Virus record (IMG/VR): IMGVR_UViG_3300001525_000313
Location: 1 to 64,000 of that record
Strand: one strand, 5' to 3'
Length of the DNA: 64,000 bases
Source of the DNA: a virus
Taxonomy: Duplodnaviria; Caudoviricetes
In this document: positions 20,663-30,679 of the stretch, in pieces
Layout of the letters: each line of letters begins with the position of its first letter
Numbering within the stretch: position 1 is the stretch's first letter
The notes under the pieces: generated by a model
Databases searched by the model: none
Told to the model about the DNA's origin: nothing
The model's input: only the letters and a program-made list of their open reading frames with translations
Made by a program: the position numbers and the translations under genes

Positions 20663-21136
20663 CTATTTCCAAAAAGTATATGTAATATCTTCTAACTGTA
20701 AAGTATTATTTTTATAAAAAATATGATATAGCCTCTGATTAGTTGTTCGTGAATTTAATGGTCCTAGTTCTTTAATATATGGTCCAACTTTAATATAGTC
20801 AAAGTATCTTCCATAATATTTTAGATCTAACTCAAATTCACCGCTATACCAACCAACAAGCAAATCATAGTTTTCTTTTATATAGTTTGCTAGCTGAACT
20901 AATCTCAGTTTGTCATTATCACCACCAAGAAATAATATACATGAAATCCCATAGTTCTTTTTTATAAGATCATCTATAATTTCTGTGGTAAGTTCATCAC
21001 CGCAATCAGTCTGTAAATATGAACTATGACATCCTGGACATCGATGTGGGCAGCATGATAAATTTATACCTAAACTAATTTCATCATTAAGTTCTGCAAA
21101 ACAAACTGAAGTGTCTTCTGGAATATATTTAATCAT
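20663..21136 (-). CDS. nrdG: Anaerobic ribonucleotide reductase activating protein (radical SAM)
   Basis: CPHRCPGCHS, FLGGD, DYIKVGPY, TTNQRLY; directly downstream of nrdD; probable start MIKY at 21136. Confidence 0.93.
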   Translation of the reverse strand: MIKYIPEDTSVCFAELNDEISLGINLSCCPHRCPGCHSSYLQTDCGDELTTEIIDDLIKKNYGISCILFLGGDNDKLRLVQLANYIKENYDLLVGWYSGEFELDLKYYGRYFDYIKVGPYIKELGPLNSRTTNQRLYHIFYKNNTLQLEDITYTFWK

Positions 21137-21193
21137 ATGTTTGCTAGTTAATAAATATGGCATCAATAATTGATGCCATACTAATTTATTTAA

Positions 21194-22157
21194 TTATTTC
21201 GCTCTATACCTGTTATATTTGATATATTCATCAGACTCATTTGGCTCGTGTGAATCAAGATGATTAAATACTCTTGACTCAAACTCTTTCTTTCTACTAT
21301 CATTCCAATTTTTAATAGCAGTTAAATAGCCAATAATACGAGTATACATTTGGAGATTCTTGCTATGACATTCAGGACATTCATCAACTGGTATATTTAC
21401 TATTTTACCGCATTCTCTACATTCTGTCATTGGTATGTTAAATGTTAAATAACTACAACCAACTTTAGCAGAATATTCAAGAAGCTTTTTATATTGATTT
21501 GGTGATAAATGAGAGTCTAAATTGATATGTGCAGCTGAACCACCATCTAAATAATCGCCAATATAATCTCTGCCATGCATTTTAATTTTGTCTAATACAG
21601 AAGTCATATTGTCATTTGGTTTAAATATATAACTTGCATAAAGGTTTGTATCTTCTGGTACCCAAAATCCATCATTTTTATCCCAATTATAATTCTTTGA
21701 TGCAAGAGACTCTGCTGGAACTTGTTCAGTATTAAACATTAACTGATGTAAGCTTGTTTTATCTCTGTGAAGTTCATTTTGCTCTTTAAAGAATGAGAAT
21801 ATTTCCTGACAGAATTTTGAATACTTATCATTTACACTACACTTAATACCAAGAAATTCAGCTGCTTGATTTAATCCATTAAGACCAAGTGTTAAATATT
21901 GTTTATTTAAATCAATAAATCCTGCTCGATATGCTGGTAGTAAGTTTGCATCATACATATCCCATAATAATTCATTATAGGCATGATGATATTTATAAAC
22001 TCTATCTGTTAACTTTACAAGATATTTCTTTAATGAATTATAACATGAATCATCAAATGCAAAGCTATCTACATCACGCTTATCGCATTCTTTTCTATAC
22101 CATAGCTGAATTAAACGATTTAGATTAAATGTAATTACTGATTTACTTCCTGTTTGA
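21194..22157 (-). CDS. nrdD: NrdD C-terminal polypeptide, exon 2
   Basis: (I)QTGSKSVITFNLNRLIQ..., EQVPAESLA, LDGGSAAH, zinc ribbon CRECG/CPECH, glycyl-radical motif TRIIGYL. Confidence 0.92.
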
Positions 22158-22506
22158 CATTTTTACCTATATGTTTCCATATAGAATGGGTCATATCTTA
22201 CAAATAATTTATTTGTACACTTTTTCGGCGTTTAAAGAACTTCGTTTCCTAAAGTTCTACTGCGTATCAATAGCAGCCCTACTTCCTTGCTTATAACGAG
22301 GGAATGACCTCCACACACTTTAAATAATATTATAATAACATAATATTATTTATTTGGCTCGGTATTACCAGCTATCCATTTCTGGACCTTAGGCTTTCTT
22401 AGAAAGCGCATTCGTGCATATGCCTTATTTAACTTTTACCGACGCTATGAAATATCATAACGTTCTCTGATAAGAGAATTAAGTGTATAAGGACCCAAAT
22501 TAATTG
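22158..22506 (-). mobile_element. Group I self-splicing intron (349 nt, no ORF) in nrdD
   Basis: P1 exon GGAU pairs with GUCC (U.G at the splice site); P4 UCGGUA/UACCGA; P3 UACACUU/AAGUGUA; P7 GGUCA/UGACC with AAGAUA J8/7; P8 UACAAAUA/UAUUUGUA; P9 CUAUAUG-GAAA-CAUAUAG; terminal G; splicing restores NVG-I-QTGSKS in frame. Confidence 0.88.
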
Positions 22507-22685
22507 ATCCCGACATTACCATTCGTAAAATTAAATTCTTTTATTTGTAGTTTATTTTTAAGTCTACAATTATGGGTTATTATTCCATTAGCTGCAAAGT
22601 AATGATTTTTTTCAAGTTCTATATCATAAACAACTTTAGATGGTTCAACTTCTTTGCATGAAGAAATTTTTTCAAACTTTACCAT
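22507..22685 (-). CDS. nrdD: Split-intein C-half (39 aa, ...THN) fused to NrdD C-extein (CRLKNK...), exon 1
   Basis: MVKFEKISS...VYDIELEKNHYFAANGIITHN|CRL: intein blocks F and G with +1 Cys; GGAG upstream of ATG. Confidence 0.9.
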
Positions 22686-23754
22686 TTTCAAACTCCAGTA
22701 TACTATTTAATAAGCTCTCTTTTGTTAATGATCTATCATAAATTTCAAGAAGCTTAATACCACTAGACTTTGCAGCCTAGCGTTTTATAACATCAGTATA
22801 TGTCCAACCGTTAATAAGTCTATTGTAAATAGACTTAACCTTTGCTTTTTCTTTTACTTCATTAAGGTATTTTATGTCTTCTTGAGATTCATTATTAAAT
22901 GGATGTGGACCATGTGCCCAATACATTTGAAGCTCTATAAATAAATCTAAACTTTTTATATAAAAGTCACAGTGATATTTATGGCCATTTTCCGGATTAA
23001 CATATCGCCCATCTTTATATTGTCTTATAATATCACCAGCACCATAAATATCCTTTAACCAAATATAAGCATTTTCTTCATATGATGAAGTATTGGTAGT
23101 TTCATTCTTTTTCTTTGTCGCATCTATTTTATTAATACATTCTTCACATTTTCTATAATTATCAACACCATATTTTTCTAAACACGTCTTTTTATATTTT
23201 TCTTTTATAGCTTCTGACTGTGCAGGTACTGGTACACCGAAATGTAATATACTAGTCTGTTTACGCTTTTTAATTATTTCATCATTTACAGCAGAAATAT
23301 TTCCATATTTTTCTAAATTTGTCTTAAATCTTTTTTCTTTGTTTACATAATTAGGATTACCATAACGTTCTAATTTTGTATTTTTAATTTTTTCAACAGA
23401 CTCTTTAGGGCATCCTAAATAAGGGGTACCATATTTACTTATCATTGTTTGCTCTCTAAATTTAAGCCAGCAGTTAGTATCACCGCAAGTATCTGCAAAC
23501 AGTTTATTTAAATATTTTTTACCACGCCATTTAACTGGTTTACTACATATAGGACATATAGGTCTATTTTCAATATTAAAATATATTCTTAAAAATGTTT
23601 CTCTTAAACTTTCTGAATCATTGTAACGATTTTCTATATAATTAAGCACTTCAGGACAATTATTCATCATATATTCTCTAGTAGAATAATTACTATTAAG
23701 TCTACCATTTTTTGAAAAGAAATATTCTTTTATATATTCATCTGAAATTTCCAT
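22677..23754 (-). mobile_element. Free-standing putative homing endonuclease (CPIC zinc site, xLEKYG repeats, C-terminal PD-(D/E)XK/Vsr-like domain); premature TAG at 22777
   Basis: Repeats MISKYG/KLERYG/NLEKYG/CLEKYG; YHCDFYIKSLDLFIELQMYWAHG; frame continues past TAG as AAKSSGIKLLEIYD...ENGKV*. Confidence 0.75.
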
Positions 23755-23758
23755 AATG

Positions 23759-25111
23759 TTACTCTTCTATAGCAATTAAATAACGTTCTGGTGATTTGCA
23801 TATGAATTCCGCTGGTATATATTTAATTAAGCCGTCTTCACAGTCTTTAACCATTATTATATGATCACCAGTAACTGCTATATGCTTATCACCAACACAA
23901 ATTTCAAATAGTTTATTATCATTTTCTTTTTCTAATATACCAGTTATTTTAACTTTTTCAGAATTTATACCGTTATATGAATCTATAAAGTAGTTATTAT
24001 ATGAATGTTTATTCATATTTACAAATTCTTTAATTGTTAATGATTTTTCACTATTATCAGTACTATTATATACTTTAATAATTTCATCACCTTTAAAACA
24101 GCAAGAACTTAATGAATCGACTGAATCAGAAATGTATGTAAAGAATGAATGACCTCTTGCATATTCATCGCATACAAACTTAAACATTTCTTCATCAAGG
24201 AACTTATCATCTTTATATAATAATGTAACGGTTTCAACTGGGAATGTCAGAACAGTTCTAAGACGTTCAGCATTAAAACACTTCATAAATTCCATTTGAA
24301 TCCATTTTAATGATTCCCAATCTGGCTGTGATCCATCTGGAAAATAGAACTCTCCAAACATACCTTCAAAAAATGATTTATCAAAGTATGAAAAATTAAC
24401 AAACGCAGATTGAAAACCACGAGCTGCTGCAGGCTGATTAATTGTATAAATTATTTGCTGCCAATACTGTTGAATTTCTTGAAGTATTGTTCGCTGCTTT
24501 CCATCATATGTAGTTTCAACAATTTCATTTGCTCTTTGATAAAAATCAGGCCCCCATTCTTTTTTACAGAAATAAGTAAAATATAATAAAGTCTCACTTA
24601 CTGCAACTGCACCAGCAAACTGTGAGCTAAGTGCAAAAACCATATTACAGAATATTCCACAAAATGATTTAAGATTTTTTGGTGATGCTGATAAACCGCC
24701 TAGTCCTTTAATACCATCAATTAAGAATGGGTACATTGTTGCTGAAACACAATATGGTGATATAGCACCTGCGAATGATGACTCATCATGTTTATATATA
24801 ACATGATCTTCAAGGTCTCTAATATACCGTTTTGAATTAAATTCAGGGTAAAGCTCTTTTAATTTACCCATAACCATTGCACGTGATATACGAACATTAT
24901 CACTCTTATGCACTTCTGCATTTAAAATAGCAATATTTTTATTTGCTACATTTGAATTATCATCTATTGTACTATTTGCAGTATTTGATGCCTTCTTATA
25001 TCTGTTAATAAATTCTATTTTATTTCTTACATACTCATCCTCTGGTTCATTAGTATCTTCATTAGAGAGTACTTGATTAATCATACTATTGTCACTATTA
25101 TCTACAGGCAT
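23759..25111 (-). CDS. nrdD: NrdD N-terminal polypeptide (337 aa) fused to split-intein N-half (113 aa, from 24100)
   Basis: IYKHDES, PYCVS, SQFAGAVA, NQPAAARGFQS, TFPVET, DSLSSC then intein block A CFKGDE and block B VTGDH; no ATP-cone apparent. Confidence 0.92.
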   Translation of the reverse strand: MPVDNSDNSMINQVLSNEDTNEPEDEYVRNKIEFINRYKKASNTANSTIDDNSNVANKNIAILNAEVHKSDNVRISRAMVMGKLKELYPEFNSKRYIRDLEDHVIYKHDESSFAGAISPYCVSATMYPFLIDGIKGLGGLSASPKNLKSFCGIFCNMVFALSSQFAGAVAVSETLLYFTYFCKKEWGPDFYQRANEIVETTYDGKQRTILQEIQQYWQQIIYTINQPAAARGFQSAFVNFSYFDKSFFEGMFGEFYFPDGSQPDWESLKWIQMEFMKCFNAERLRTVLTFPVETVTLLYKDDKFLDEEMFKFVCDEYARGHSFFTYISDSVDSLSSCCFKGDEIIKVYNSTDNSEKSLTIKEFVNMNKHSYNNYFIDSYNGINSEKVKITGILEKENDNKLFEICVGDKHIAVTGDHIIMVKDCEDGLIKYIPAEFICKSPERYLIAIEE

Positions 25112-25146
25112 AAAATAAAGTTCCCCTAAGTTATATAATTAATAAG

Positions 25147-25437
25147 CTACTTGTGCCGACGTCGACCAGGTGTTTGTGTTGTATTATCTTTTGATATCTT
25201 CGGAATAGAATTATCATGTGGCCTGAGTCTATTATGTTCAACCAGTATAAGAAAATCAGCTTTAGGATTTATTTCATATAAGCCATACCAAGCTGTATCT
25301 TTATTAGTTAGTTGATGAGCATGCTGAAGTGCTTCATCTTTATCTAAAAAATCAATACTAATATGCTTATATGGAAATTGTTCAATCATAAGTCTATATG
25401 TACTTTGTTCAATTTTTGATTCTTTACGCTTAGCCAT
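25147..25437 (-). CDS. Hypothetical protein
   Basis: 96-aa ORF with AAGGA RBS. Confidence 0.65.
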   Translation of the reverse strand: MAKRKESKIEQSTYRLMIEQFPYKHISIDFLDKDEALQHAHQLTNKDTAWYGLYEINPKADFLILVEHNRLRPHDNSIPKISKDNTTQTPGRRRHK

Positions 25438-25520
25438 TGTATGTTTCCTTTAACTATATAAATAATGCACAATGATATATACACCATAAATAGACTTATC
25501 GTTAACTATATAAAAGAATA

Positions 25521-25540
25521 GGACATACAATTGTATGTCC
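25521..25540 (-). terminator. 20-bp perfect palindrome, terminator-like
   Basis: GGACATACAA|TTGTATGTCC in intergenic gap. Confidence 0.55.
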
Positions 25541-25569
25541 AATTATAGCTTATTATTTATAGTAAATAA

Positions 25570-26485
25570 TTATGGTTCATCAGGTGGATCGCCTTGCCAT
25601 GTCATTTGGTCTTGACCTATGATATATTGTGCACTAGTGCCACTGGTATTTATTGTTAAATTCAACTGTAAGCTGCCTTCACCAGTACCATTTATTATAT
25701 CTGCTATAGGCATATCTTCAATTTCAGCTTCTATATATGCACTATATGCGCCATCGTTTAATGAAACATTTACAGATTCATTAGCCGCTAATGGAGTTGG
25801 ATCATACTCATAAATTAAACTATAGTCAATGCTATTTGCGGCTGGGCCTGATGTGTCAAATACTACATTAAATGTATATGTATTATCTTGTTTCCATACA
25901 TAGCAAGCTATGATATTAAATACATCAAGTGCTGGCTGTGCTGGATCACCCCGTGCCTGAATCACCACTTCCTGTATTTGGATCACCAGATCCTGTTACA
26001 GGATCTGGTTCTATAACGTCACCACCAGGATTTAAACCAGCTTTAATTTTATTAAAATCAACTGGTTTAAGTTTAGCAATTGGTCTTGATCTAAATACAG
26101 AATGCGGAACTCGTTTTGAAAGTTCATTATATGGTGTACTAGATACTAAACATACATAAAATGTGGCAACTGCATCTTTAGCCGGAATAATTTCATTGCA
26201 TGTTGTAACTGATTCAAAAAGTTCAACATCACCCTGCATAATTTTAACTACAATAGATTCAGTAGTAACTGTATCGGTATATGATACTAATGCATTTGTT
26301 GAAGCAATTATCCAATTGTTGTCTATGTTTAAACAAGCTGTACCTGCACAAACTAGCTTTGAATTTACAAATACTTTCATTGATAAGTCTTTTGCTTTTA
26401 CAAGCTTTGAAATAAATTCTCGCATTGTAGCGCATTCAACACCATCAACTGTTTTACTTAAAAGTGTAGCATCATTTAAAATCAT
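25570..26485 (-). pseudogene. Single hypothetical (possibly virion) protein split by a +1 frameshift in a G4 run near 25950
   Basis: ...GSGDSGT GGG TGA; dropping one G reads TGDPAQPALDV..., continuing the GDP linker repeat into ORF 25570..25986. Confidence 0.65.
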
Positions 26486-26506
26486 ATTAATACCTATATT
26501 ATATAT

Positions 26507-26695
26507 TTATGAAACTTCTTCAATAGATTTTTCTACTTTTAATATTCGATAAACTTTACAATCATTACTTGATTCAAGTTCATCTAATTTCTGTTTTGCA
26601 TCACTAAATGTTGAATACGAACATATAAACATATATGTATCATCTTCTTCATCTTTTACTTCAACAGAATAATATACCTTGTGTTTATTAAACAT
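26507..26695 (-). CDS. Small hypothetical protein
   Basis: Probable start MFNKHK within ORF 26507..26743. Confidence 0.5.
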   Translation of the reverse strand: MFNKHKVYYSVEVKDEEDDTYMFICSYSTFSDAKQKLDELESSNDCKVYRILKVEKSIEEVS

Positions 26696-26718
26696 TATAA
26701 ATTCCAAATTAAATGCTT

Positions 26719-27270
26719 CTAATCTAAAAAGTGCTGATAACAAACAGCTTGGAAATTATCCCAACCTGGATCAATATTATCAGAATTATTTTTAGAATGT
26801 ACTACTTTTTTATTAAATGAGGCATGCTTCCCGCATACTTGACATATAGTTTTAACTTCTACAATTTCATCAGCAAGCTCAAATAAACGCTTTGCTGCTG
26901 GAAATAGTTTTGTATTAGAATCAGTTCGAAGTCCAAAGCATAAAATGTCAATATTATTTTTTATTGATAGATGACGTAATTCATCAATTTGTTCTTCAGA
27001 TAAAAATTGACATTCATCTACTAATATAACATCTGCATCATTAATTATACTTTTATAATCATATATGCTTTCATCTAGCTGTAAAACAATATCAGGTTTT
27101 CTTGGTGGGATATGCGCACGTGTTTCAATTAATTCACTTCTTGTATCAAGAGCAGGTTTAATTGCAACAACATTAAATCCAGCAGACTCATAGTTATGAC
27201 CAATTGCAAGAAGCATCATGGTTTTACTACTATTAACAGTTCCATAATAATATATAACTTTTGCAGCCAT
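26719..27270 (-). CDS. tdk: Thymidine kinase
   Basis: YYYGTVNSSKT, KPALDTR, ILVDECQFL, FGLRTD, CQVCG...VCYQH. Confidence 0.92.
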   Translation of the reverse strand: MAAKVIYYYGTVNSSKTMMLLAIGHNYESAGFNVVAIKPALDTRSELIETRAHIPPRKPDIVLQLDESIYDYKSIINDADVILVDECQFLSEEQIDELRHLSIKNNIDILCFGLRTDSNTKLFPAAKRLFELADEIVEVKTICQVCGKHASFNKKVVHSKNNSDNIDPGWDNFQAVCYQHFLD

Positions 27271-27287
27271 TATTTATTTCACTTTAT

Positions 27288-27719
27288 TTATAAATTAATA
27301 AAAGAGTTAAACCCAAAAAGTTGACTTAAATTATCTAAAGCTATATTTTTGCTATCACGGTGTTGCTTTGCAAAATCATGTCGCTGTTCTGTAGCTAATT
27401 TTTTAGATTCAATTTCACTTAAAATAATATCTTTACACTGATCTACATTATTTGAAATAATTCTAATAAGAGCTAACTTTTGCCATTTTTCAAGATTTGA
27501 ATCACAAATTAAACCATCAGTATAACTATTTTGCTTACCAGTAGAATCCCATTTGTAATAGTTAAATGCAATAGAAAGTTCATTACAAAATTGAAGTGCT
27601 TCATCTTTTTTGTTCTCAATAATTGCTTGTATTGCAAGTGCTTGATAACAATTTGGATTAATCATATTAAAAATGTCAAACATGGTTTTACCATGACTAA
27701 TTACATGATTACTCATCAT
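27288..27719 (-). CDS. Hypothetical protein
   Basis: 143-aa ORF, AGGA RBS. Confidence 0.6.
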   Translation of the reverse strand: MMSNHVISHGKTMFDIFNMINPNCYQALAIQAIIENKKDEALQFCNELSIAFNYYKWDSTGKQNSYTDGLICDSNLEKWQKLALIRIISNNVDQCKDIILSEIESKKLATEQRHDFAKQHRDSKNIALDNLSQLFGFNSFINL

Positions 27720-27741
27720 TTAGCATCCTATTTATATAATG

Positions 27742-28092
27742 TTAAATCTTTGTATTAATAAGCTTACGATAAGCCTTTTTTACATAGAATCTAAGTAAAC
27801 CTTTTGGATCATAATCTTCTTTTTCACCTGTTTTCATATGATCAAGTGCATTTTTCTCAGTTAACCAATAGCACTTAAATCCTTTATATTCAGGATAGTC
27901 TTTTACAAAAGATGAAACTATATGATCAAAGTTCCTATTTAACATGTGATCAAAATTAGTACCAAATTTTACATTTAAGAAAATGTACTTTATATATTCT
28001 TCAAAAGATACAATTTCATTAAATCCAAGATACTCATAAACTCTATCAAGGATCTGCTTTTGTGTAGTATTTAATAAATTATAACGATCCAT
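27742..28092 (-). CDS. Hypothetical protein
   Basis: Probable start MDRYNL after GGAG within ORF 27742..28122. Confidence 0.6.
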   Translation of the reverse strand: MDRYNLLNTTQKQILDRVYEYLGFNEIVSFEEYIKYIFLNVKFGTNFDHMLNRNFDHIVSSFVKDYPEYKGFKCYWLTEKNALDHMKTGEKEDYDPKGLLRFYVKKAYRKLINTKI

Positions 28093-28177
28093 ACTAAACT
28101 CCAAAATAAAAATGTCATACATATTTGATATACATATGACATTCTTAAATCTTAAGTGAGTATATAATACAGTGTAA

Positions 28178-29476
28178 TTAAAATCCTATAACATAACCAA
28201 TTCGATCTGCTGAATGTGCATCTCGTCGATTACCTAGTATATAATCATGCAGAATAAAATTAAATTTTCTTACAGCACAAGCTGATAGATCAGCTTCTGT
28301 TGGGTATAAAATAGTTCCCTGGTCGTTAAATTTATATGGTAATGTAAAATCTAAAATTTCATCATCAGACTGTGTATCAAAAGTCCAACTTGATGATGAT
28401 CCAATTAAATCAGCATTATCATTAATATTAAATATGTCTGTGTTATCTGTATTATATATGCTAGATGTATTACTAGGTATTTCATAATGAATTGAATCAC
28501 CAGATTTTACAGCAACATATTGTCCAAAATTAAATGCAATTTCATTAACTCTATAGTATGTTGGACCCTCAATACCTGGTTTTTTTGGAGATGTACAAAT
28601 TGCAATTTGTCTTGCACATAAATGCTGATCAAAATTCAAATCCTGCATTAAATAGCCTGGATTAACAAGCGTACTAATTAGCAAATGTGTTGGATAATTA
28701 AAATTAACTTTATCTTTTAATTGAAGTTCTGAATCAAGCCCATGCTCTTTTTCAAATTCATTATAATATGCTAAATCTGAATCAGGTACAACTTCCCAAT
28801 AACGATCACCATAATAGAATTGGTTTATACTGCCAGTATAATTTGTTTCAGAAGCACCAATATCTTTTACAAATTCAACCTTACATTTTAATGCACCTAA
28901 TAAACCTGGTGTTGTAATCCAATTATTTTCAATAGCCATTCCACGTAAATATAATTCAGCAAAATATTCACGTGAAACATCATCATTTATGCTATTATAG
29001 TTAATAATGTCTTCATCATTAGAATCTAAATTACATAATTTATAATCATTTCCATCTTTTTTAATGTAATATTTAAAATAATCATCTTTATGAAGAATTT
29101 TAGCTGTACCACCAACCTTTAGTATACCAGGCTCTTCTGCTGGATCACCATCATATTCCCACAAGCATGGAAACTTTGGAAGTATTGTATTATATTTACT
29201 AAGTGGATTTTTTACAAAGCCAGACTTTGCTAAAAAATACATTGCTAATCTATTATCAAAAAACTGATTCTCTTCTGCTGAATCTGTAAAATCTGATAAT
29301 ACATTACCACGATCTGTTATTGAACTATTATATGGTGCAATTGGTAAACTTAGTCTATTGCTATCCCAATCTGGATCACCCATACCAAGTACCATATATG
29401 TTTCATTATTATTCTCAAGATTTTCTTTAAAGTATTTAGCCTTTAAGAATCTTCCATAATTAGTATATATTGCCAT
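28178..29476 (-). CDS. Putative baseplate protein
   Basis: N-terminus MAIYTNYGR...YMVLGMGDPDW and late RQIAI resemble myophage baseplate proteins; last gene of tail cluster. Confidence 0.5.
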   Translation of the reverse strand: MAIYTNYGRFLKAKYFKENLENNNETYMVLGMGDPDWDSNRLSLPIAPYNSSITDRGNVLSDFTDSAEENQFFDNRLAMYFLAKSGFVKNPLSKYNTILPKFPCLWEYDGDPAEEPGILKVGGTAKILHKDDYFKYYIKKDGNDYKLCNLDSNDEDIINYNSINDDVSREYFAELYLRGMAIENNWITTPGLLGALKCKVEFVKDIGASETNYTGSINQFYYGDRYWEVVPDSDLAYYNEFEKEHGLDSELQLKDKVNFNYPTHLLISTLVNPGYLMQDLNFDQHLCARQIAICTSPKKPGIEGPTYYRVNEIAFNFGQYVAVKSGDSIHYEIPSNTSSIYNTDNTDIFNINDNADLIGSSSSWTFDTQSDDEILDFTLPYKFNDQGTILYPTEADLSACAVRKFNFILHDYILGNRRDAHSADRIGYVIGF

Positions 29477-29491
29477 AATTACACCATTAAT

Positions 29492-30400
29492 TTAGTTATT
29501 ATTGTTTAATTTAATAATAAAGTCATATAATAATTTTTCACTAGTTGAAAGATTATTATAATCATTATTTGTAATATTTTCTACTATATTATTAAACTCT
29601 GATTTTGATATACCGATATTTAATCCAGAAGCAAGTTGTAACTTTTCATATAATGAACTATCTGCAGTAGCTTGACTTTGCTCAGTTAAAAATGGTGAAT
29701 TTTTTGATAAATTATTCATTGAATCTATAGCAGCTGCAAATAAAGTATCTCTATCGGTATTATATGTAATACCTGAATTTACTTTAAAACGTGTAAAGCT
29801 TGCACGACGACGAAGAAGTCTATAATTAAGTGTGTTATCACCAGATGATCCGCTATCACCACCAGATGATCCACTACCAGATGAACTATTTATTAAATCT
29901 AAATAAGTTTTTCCATCAGGTAGTGTAATATTAGCAGCATTTAATATATTTCTAAACTTAGTGATAGTCAATGTATATGTAAAATAACTACTTGAATTTT
30001 CAAGTACATGTGCTGATGTTAAATCTATAAAAAATGTATTTGCACCTGAAGTGGTTACTTCTATATACATAAAAACTATATTACTTGGAAGTGTATAAGC
30101 TGGATATGTAGTACCATTATTATTACCATTAGCTATTGATGATCCAGCCGTGCAATGTGCAGATGCACATTTTATAGTCAATGCGCTTGAATCATGCCTA
30201 TAAATTAAAACATTAGAATTTAATGATTGACTAAGTGCTTTAGCCGCTGATTTTAAACTGCTAATACTATTTGTTGTTGATGCAAAAGTATCATCATTTG
30301 GCGCGGTATAAACACCTATATAAGCATCACCATTTTCTGTAAAGCATGGCCTAATAGAATTATTATTACTATTAGGGAAAGTTTTTGGTAATGTTGCCAT
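29492..30400 (-). CDS. Hypothetical virion/tail-associated protein
   Basis: Ser/Asn/Thr-rich with G/S linker; tail cluster context. Confidence 0.5.
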   Translation of the reverse strand: MATLPKTFPNSNNNSIRPCFTENGDAYIGVYTAPNDDTFASTTNSISSLKSAAKALSQSLNSNVLIYRHDSSALTIKCASAHCTAGSSIANGNNNGTTYPAYTLPSNIVFMYIEVTTSGANTFFIDLTSAHVLENSSSYFTYTLTITKFRNILNAANITLPDGKTYLDLINSSSGSGSSGGDSGSSGDNTLNYRLLRRRASFTRFKVNSGITYNTDRDTLFAAAIDSMNNLSKNSPFLTEQSQATADSSLYEKLQLASGLNIGISKSEFNNIVENITNNDYNNLSTSEKLLYDFIIKLNNNN

Positions 30401-30402
30401 TA

Positions 30403-30675
30403 TTATTCTCCACGATTAATTATCATAATTGGTATACCAGTAATAAAAGCGGCGCTTGCATTAACATTGTTTTCTATAATTGATTTTACAAGCATGCCCT
30501 CATCAAGCTTAATCGTATTAGATATTACTTTACGTGTAGCTGATTTTTCAATATTGTATAATTCATTATATGTTTTTAAAACAGCCTTTTTTTCAGAATC
30601 TGGTAAACTTTCAAATTGCTCTTTTGTAAAATTAAGATTTGTAAAATTAAGGTTTGTAAAATTAATATTTGGCAT
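30403..30675 (-). CDS. Small hypothetical protein
   Basis: 90 aa; GAGG RBS; 15-bp tandem repeat encoding NFTNL x3. Confidence 0.6.
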   Translation of the reverse strand: MPNINFTNLNFTNLNFTKEQFESLPDSEKKAVLKTYNELYNIEKSATRKVISNTIKLDEGMLVKSIIENNVNASAAFITGIPIMIINRGE

Positions 30676-30679
30676 ATTA

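Noticed and set aside
11850-22779. Stop-codon reassignment (genetic code 15 or 4) as the cause of the in-frame stops
   Set aside because: Interrupting stops include TAA, TGA and TAG, all three also end intact genes, and frameshifts co-occur; long code-11 ORFs cover most of the window
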